Positions 60,621 to 64,000 of a stretch of 64,000 bases of DNA are shown in pieces. Source of the stretch: a virus. Lineage: Duplodnaviria > Caudoviricetes. The number at the start of each line of letters is the position of its first letter. Position 1 is the first letter of the stretch. The stretch is from IMG/VR virus record IMGVR_UViG_3300014204_000110; one strand, written 5' to 3'. Both the position numbers and the translations under genes were made by a program. The notes beneath the pieces are model-generated. The model was not told the origin of the DNA, did not search any database, and worked only from the letters and a program-made list of their open reading frames with translations.

Positions 60621-60977
60621 ATGTTAACAACTGAACAAATTGAAGTAAAATTAAATAATCTTGATCAGAAAATAAAAGGAGTTGTTGTTTTAATAGAACG
60701 ATTAAGTTCTGATATTTCTGCTAAGACTAATATTACAGATTTAAATAGGAATGTTAGTGAATTAAGAGATTTAATTAAAGATAATGCAACATTTATAGGG
60801 TCGCTTGAGGAAAAGTTGGCTAAAATAATATTACCAGAAGAAACAAGATATTATCTTAACGAGGGTGAGGTAAGTTCTTTTCAATCTAATTTTAATACAT
60901 TAAAAGCAATGATGAATAAAATGGATACTTTATATAAAAATATTGTAAATTATCAAAGTAATTTAATGAACGCTTAA
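60621..60977 (+). CDS. coiled-coil hypothetical protein (last + strand gene)
   Basis: Heptad pattern; GAGG RBS. Confidence 0.6.
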   Translation: MLTTEQIEVKLNNLDQKIKGVVVLIERLSSDISAKTNITDLNRNVSELRDLIKDNATFIGSLEEKLAKIILPEETRYYLNEGEVSSFQSNFNTLKAMMNKMDTLYKNIVNYQSNLMNA

Positions 60978-61223
60978 TTTAATATTTATATTTTGTATAA
61001 GTTCTATGAATTTATCTTCTTTAAGAAGTAATGTATTATGAAGTGTATTGAATGGTATATTTTTAATAGCTGAATCAATAATCATTAATTCAACTCTAGA
61101 ATAACTTTTAGTTTTTAAATCTATAAAAAAATCTATAGGAGTCTTATATTTATTTATAGACTCCTTGATTTTATTTTGAAATTTAGTTATTATTTTATTT
61201 TTAGTGGTTTGTAGTGTGGACAT
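60963..61223 (-). CDS. hypothetical protein, possible sigma-region-4/LuxR-like HTH
   Basis: Probable start MSTLQTT at 61223; YSRVELMII..IPFNTLHNTLLLKEDKFIELIQNINIKL has HTH-like spacing. Confidence 0.35.
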   Translation of the reverse strand: MSTLQTTKNKIITKFQNKIKESINKYKTPIDFFIDLKTKSYSRVELMIIDSAIKNIPFNTLHNTLLLKEDKFIELIQNINIKLSVH

Positions 61224-61396
61224 TGTTCTACTGAAATTAATATGTTTAATTTTGATATATTTATAAATGTTGATATTAATGCACAAATTTGAGAAGTTCT
61301 ACATATTGAACATCTTTTAGGTATAACTAATTCGTTTGGTAATATATCAAGATCTGATTCATCTTTTATAAATAAATCATCAAGTATGCTGTTCAA
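61190..61396 (-). CDS. small Cys-rich protein
   Basis: RCSIC..QIC..EQCPHY. Confidence 0.5.
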   Translation of the reverse strand: MNSILDDLFIKDESDLDILPNELVIPKRCSICRTSQICALISTFINISKLNILISVEQCPHYKPLKIK

Positions 61397-61976
61397 TTTT
61401 AGAGTCCTTGATTAAATTGTAATCTAGAATTTCTTTATGATTTAACCACTTTCTCTTTTTTAATAATCGTTTTGCTCTTAAAATAGATAAGTCTAATTGT
61501 TCAGCAGTATATTTTATGTAATTATCATATATTTCTTTTTCTTCAGTTTTATCTGCTTTAAGACGTTCTTCATATGTGCATTCATCACCTATTGTTATAT
61601 GTGAGTGTACAAATACTCTACAACTTGGAAATATTGTTCTTATATCACCAACTATAAATATAAAAAATCCAGCAGAAGCGATCTCACCAAGCGCATATGT
61701 TTCTAGAGTAAGTTTATACTTATGTTTTATATATAAAAGAAAATCAATAATAGCAAAACAATGTGCAAGATATCCACCTTGAGATGTTATATAAATTTTA
61801 ACATCTTTAATTTCATCAAGATCCTCTTGTAATAATGTAGATATAGTATCATTTGATACTTCTTCATTAATTTCTCCAACAATGTATATACTTATTGAAT
61901 CGTCGTCTTTTACTACTGTTGTTAATCCAGGAGAATCTACAATAGTTTCCATGATATCATTTAGTTGCTTTGTCAT
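61380..61976 (-). CDS. clpP: ClpP-like protease subunit
   Basis: IYIVGEI, IYITSQGG, GEIASAG (Ser), VFVH (His), WLNHKEILDYNLI. Confidence 0.8.
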   Translation of the reverse strand: MTKQLNDIMETIVDSPGLTTVVKDDDSISIYIVGEINEEVSNDTISTLLQEDLDEIKDVKIYITSQGGYLAHCFAIIDFLLYIKHKYKLTLETYALGEIASAGFFIFIVGDIRTIFPSCRVFVHSHITIGDECTYEERLKADKTEEKEIYDNYIKYTAEQLDLSILRAKRLLKKRKWLNHKEILDYNLIKDSKIEQHT

Positions 61977-61987
61977 AGATGTCTTTC

Positions 61988-62266
61988 TTATTTAGGATTT
62001 TGATATCTTGATATAGATTTATTTATAAAACATCCCACTCTAGAACAAACTGTTTGATCTATACCTCTTGGCCAATCCTCTTTATCCATAAATTTAACAC
62101 ATACTGTTGATGAAACACTTGTATTAAGCAAAGGACACTTAATCTTACCTTTAAGTTCTATCTTGGCTCTAGAACCCTTAATTTCTGGACCTACAAACAT
62201 CTCGTTATAGTGAATTTCACTTCTTTTTGAATATATACTATCAATTAGTTCTTTGTTGTATTTCAT
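61988..62266 (-). CDS. hypothetical protein with four Cys
   Basis: KCPLL..VCVKF..VCSRVGC. Confidence 0.55.
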   Translation of the reverse strand: MKYNKELIDSIYSKRSEIHYNEMFVGPEIKGSRAKIELKGKIKCPLLNTSVSSTVCVKFMDKEDWPRGIDQTVCSRVGCFINKSISRYQNPK

Positions 62267-62267
62267 A

Positions 62268-63416
62268 TTACCTTCTGTATTTATCTATTACAGTTATAAG
62301 TTTTTGAGTAGATTTATTCCAACTATAGTTATTAGCCATAAAATCTGCTAAAGCCTCGCTCTTATTAGTATATTTTGTTTGATCATTAAAAGTTTCTTCA
62401 AGTTTAGATACATAATTATCTATATTAATATCTAACCAGTCTCCTTGATCACTTTTAAACCAAAAACCATCTTCAGCAGTAACATATCCATTAGATTGAA
62501 CTATAAGGTCTGTCTGTATATCTGGAGATCCTGGCACATATTCATTATGTCCAGTACAAAGAGTTGTAATTGTAGGAAGTCCACAACCCATGTTTTGACT
62601 AAGACATAAATTCCATCCTTCAGAACGACTTATACTTATACCAACATTAGCTGAATGTATTAAAGATGGAACATTACATACTGGTATTGTAGGAGTAGTA
62701 AAATAAATATCACAAGATTTATATGTGAAAAGATGAGCTTTACCATTAAATCCTTTATATTCAAATCCATGCATTGTAGGATTAACACCAGTCCAACAAT
62801 TTAAATTCTTAAAAGGATGATCTTGAACATTATTTATAAAAGGATTAAAAGTATGACATATAAGTGCTACTTCTCGTTCTTTCATGAGATTAATAAATGT
62901 TCTGATAGTAACGTCAGTATTCTTACGTTCTTCTCTTTTACCAGATGTTATATATGTGAACTTCTTTGTATCGATGTATTTATCTACTGGTATTGTATTA
63001 AATAGTGTATCATCAATACCTTCATTTATGACTTCGATAGGTTTAGAAAAATTATATTGTTCAAGAAGTTTTTTATGCTCTTCTGTTGTTGTAAGAATAA
63101 TATCTGTTGGACCATTCTCAAGCATATGTCTAGAAACTTCTTTAAGTTTAGTTGTTTCAAAGATTGAGAAGGTAAGAAGAGGTGAACCACAAGCTTGGTT
63201 CGATAGGTTATCATGGAAGCAAAATATACTTGGAGATTTATAATCAAATTTTGTTGAAGTTGCATGTTTGAAATACATCTCATAGAAAGGATCAAGTTCA
63301 ACTTGTCCAATTGGAGTAAGATTAACTTCTTGTCCATTTTCTATAAGAGCTTTTAAAATGTTTAGATTATGTAAAGAATATCCAAGATTTCCGACACTGC
63401 CATAAAGGTTGATCAT
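62268..63416 (-). CDS. GT4 (GT-B) glycosyltransferase
   Basis: LGYS, FETTKL, EGIDDTLF, GKREERKN, SRSEGWNLCLSQNMGCGLPTITT, YSWNKS. Confidence 0.85.
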   Translation of the reverse strand: MINLYGSVGNLGYSLHNLNILKALIENGQEVNLTPIGQVELDPFYEMYFKHATSTKFDYKSPSIFCFHDNLSNQACGSPLLTFSIFETTKLKEVSRHMLENGPTDIILTTTEEHKKLLEQYNFSKPIEVINEGIDDTLFNTIPVDKYIDTKKFTYITSGKREERKNTDVTIRTFINLMKEREVALICHTFNPFINNVQDHPFKNLNCWTGVNPTMHGFEYKGFNGKAHLFTYKSCDIYFTTPTIPVCNVPSLIHSANVGISISRSEGWNLCLSQNMGCGLPTITTLCTGHNEYVPGSPDIQTDLIVQSNGYVTAEDGFWFKSDQGDWLDINIDNYVSKLEETFNDQTKYTNKSEALADFMANNYSWNKSTQKLITVIDKYRR

Positions 63417-63424
63417 ATAATTAC

Positions 63425-63628
63425 TTACGTTAAGGTGAGATTATTTCTTAAATATTGTATAAAACATTCTAGATCGCAAAACATATTATTATATTCTATA
63501 TAATGCATATTATTAGGAGTATATATAAATGTTCCTTTAAGATCATCATTTTGAATTGATAATCCTTTATTTTCTTCTATTATTTTATTACAGTGAGTAC
63601 AATTCATATTAGTTTTTATATATTCCAA
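63425..63628 (-). CDS. small Zn-finger protein (TRASH/MYM-like)
   Basis: CTHC...FCDLEC. Confidence 0.55.
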   Translation of the reverse strand: MEYIKTNMNCTHCNKIIEENKGLSIQNDDLKGTFIYTPNNMHYIEYNNMFCDLECFIQYLRNNLTLT

Positions 63629-63869
63629 TAATGTGGCATTCTCTAATAGTGTAGTATAATATATTATCTACTTCAAGAGGTGTCGCGTCACACTTATAAA
63701 ACAAAACTACTTTTCCTACTTCAGTGATTTTAACATTAGGACCGATTGCTTCTATACGTCCATATTGCCAAGGATTACTGTCATGACCTGTTAGTATAAT
63801 TCCACCACTAGCTTTTTTTTCAATAAGTGTAACTATAATTCTATCATTTGCTGCTATTAAGTTTATCAT
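63609..63869 (-). CDS. groES: co-chaperonin GroES (Cpn10)
   Basis: DRIIV, mobile loop SGGIIL, GRIEAIGP, VGKVVLF, IRECHIIG. Confidence 0.85.
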   Translation of the reverse strand: MINLIAANDRIIVTLIEKKASGGIILTGHDSNPWQYGRIEAIGPNVKITEVGKVVLFYKCDATPLEVDNILYYTIRECHIIGIYKN

Positions 63870-63999
63870 CTTTTAATTCCTTTTTAAGTATTTCAACAAT
63901 TTTAATTGAACTGTCTCCAGATCCAAATGGACATATATAATCATCTAATTTTTTATTTAACATTCTTCTAAATGATACTGGTAAAAATTCTGGTGTCTT
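63844..63999 (-). CDS. C-terminal fragment of probable UDP-N-acetylglucosamine 2-epimerase (WecB/NeuC family); 5' truncated by window
   Basis: Open frame reads ..CPFGSGDSSIKIVEILKKELK, matching the family C-terminal NPYGDGxASxRIxxIL motif; not in the ORF track. Confidence 0.6.
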   Translation of the reverse strand, partial: KTPEFLPVSFRRMLNKKLDDYICPFGSGDSSIKIVEILKKELKDDKLNSSK

Positions 64000-64000
64000 A

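Noticed and set aside
60955-60990. Rho-independent terminator at the strand switch
   Set aside because: The convergent genes overlap, and no convincing GC stem with a U-tract is visible.
1-64000. Stop-codon reassignment
   Set aside because: Standard code gives near-complete coding density, and TAA, TAG and TGA all end genes at coupled junctions.

Overview
AT-rich (roughly 25-30% GC by eye), gene-dense segment of a large myovirus-type (probably jumbo) phage genome. It uses the standard genetic code and SD-type RBSs. No rRNA, tRNA or CRISPR array was seen. Positions 1-60977 form one + strand virion/late gene run. It opens with the end of a giant internal/tape-measure-like protein and a 2281-aa protein carrying an intact DEDDh exonuclease plus a two-barrel-RNAP-like DxDGD motif. 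A 2333-aa tube-initiator/hub fusion, spike-like, gp25-like and baseplate-J genes, and many peripheral baseplate/fibre proteins follow. Inside this tail module lies an accessory block (about 25.9-43.5 kb). It holds a class-3 lipase, a holin-like gene, four glycosyltransferases (one closely resembling eukaryotic mucin-initiating polypeptide GalNAc-transferases) and two SAM methyltransferases. It also holds two signal-peptide beta-helix proteins sharing a duplicated 3' module, and a 1660-aa mucin/SRRP-like Ser-rich protein. From about 60963 the genes switch to the - strand: ClpP-like protease, GT4, GroES and the C-terminus of a probable UDP-GlcNAc 2-epimerase. The best candidate for a new system is a phage-encoded mucin-type O-glycosylation pathway for the virion (enzymes, a mucin-like substrate, and Ser-Gly enrichment in outer tail proteins). 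The second is an exonuclease-fused single-chain virion polymerase. All assignments come from motif reading by eye; counts are approximate and no database searches were run.
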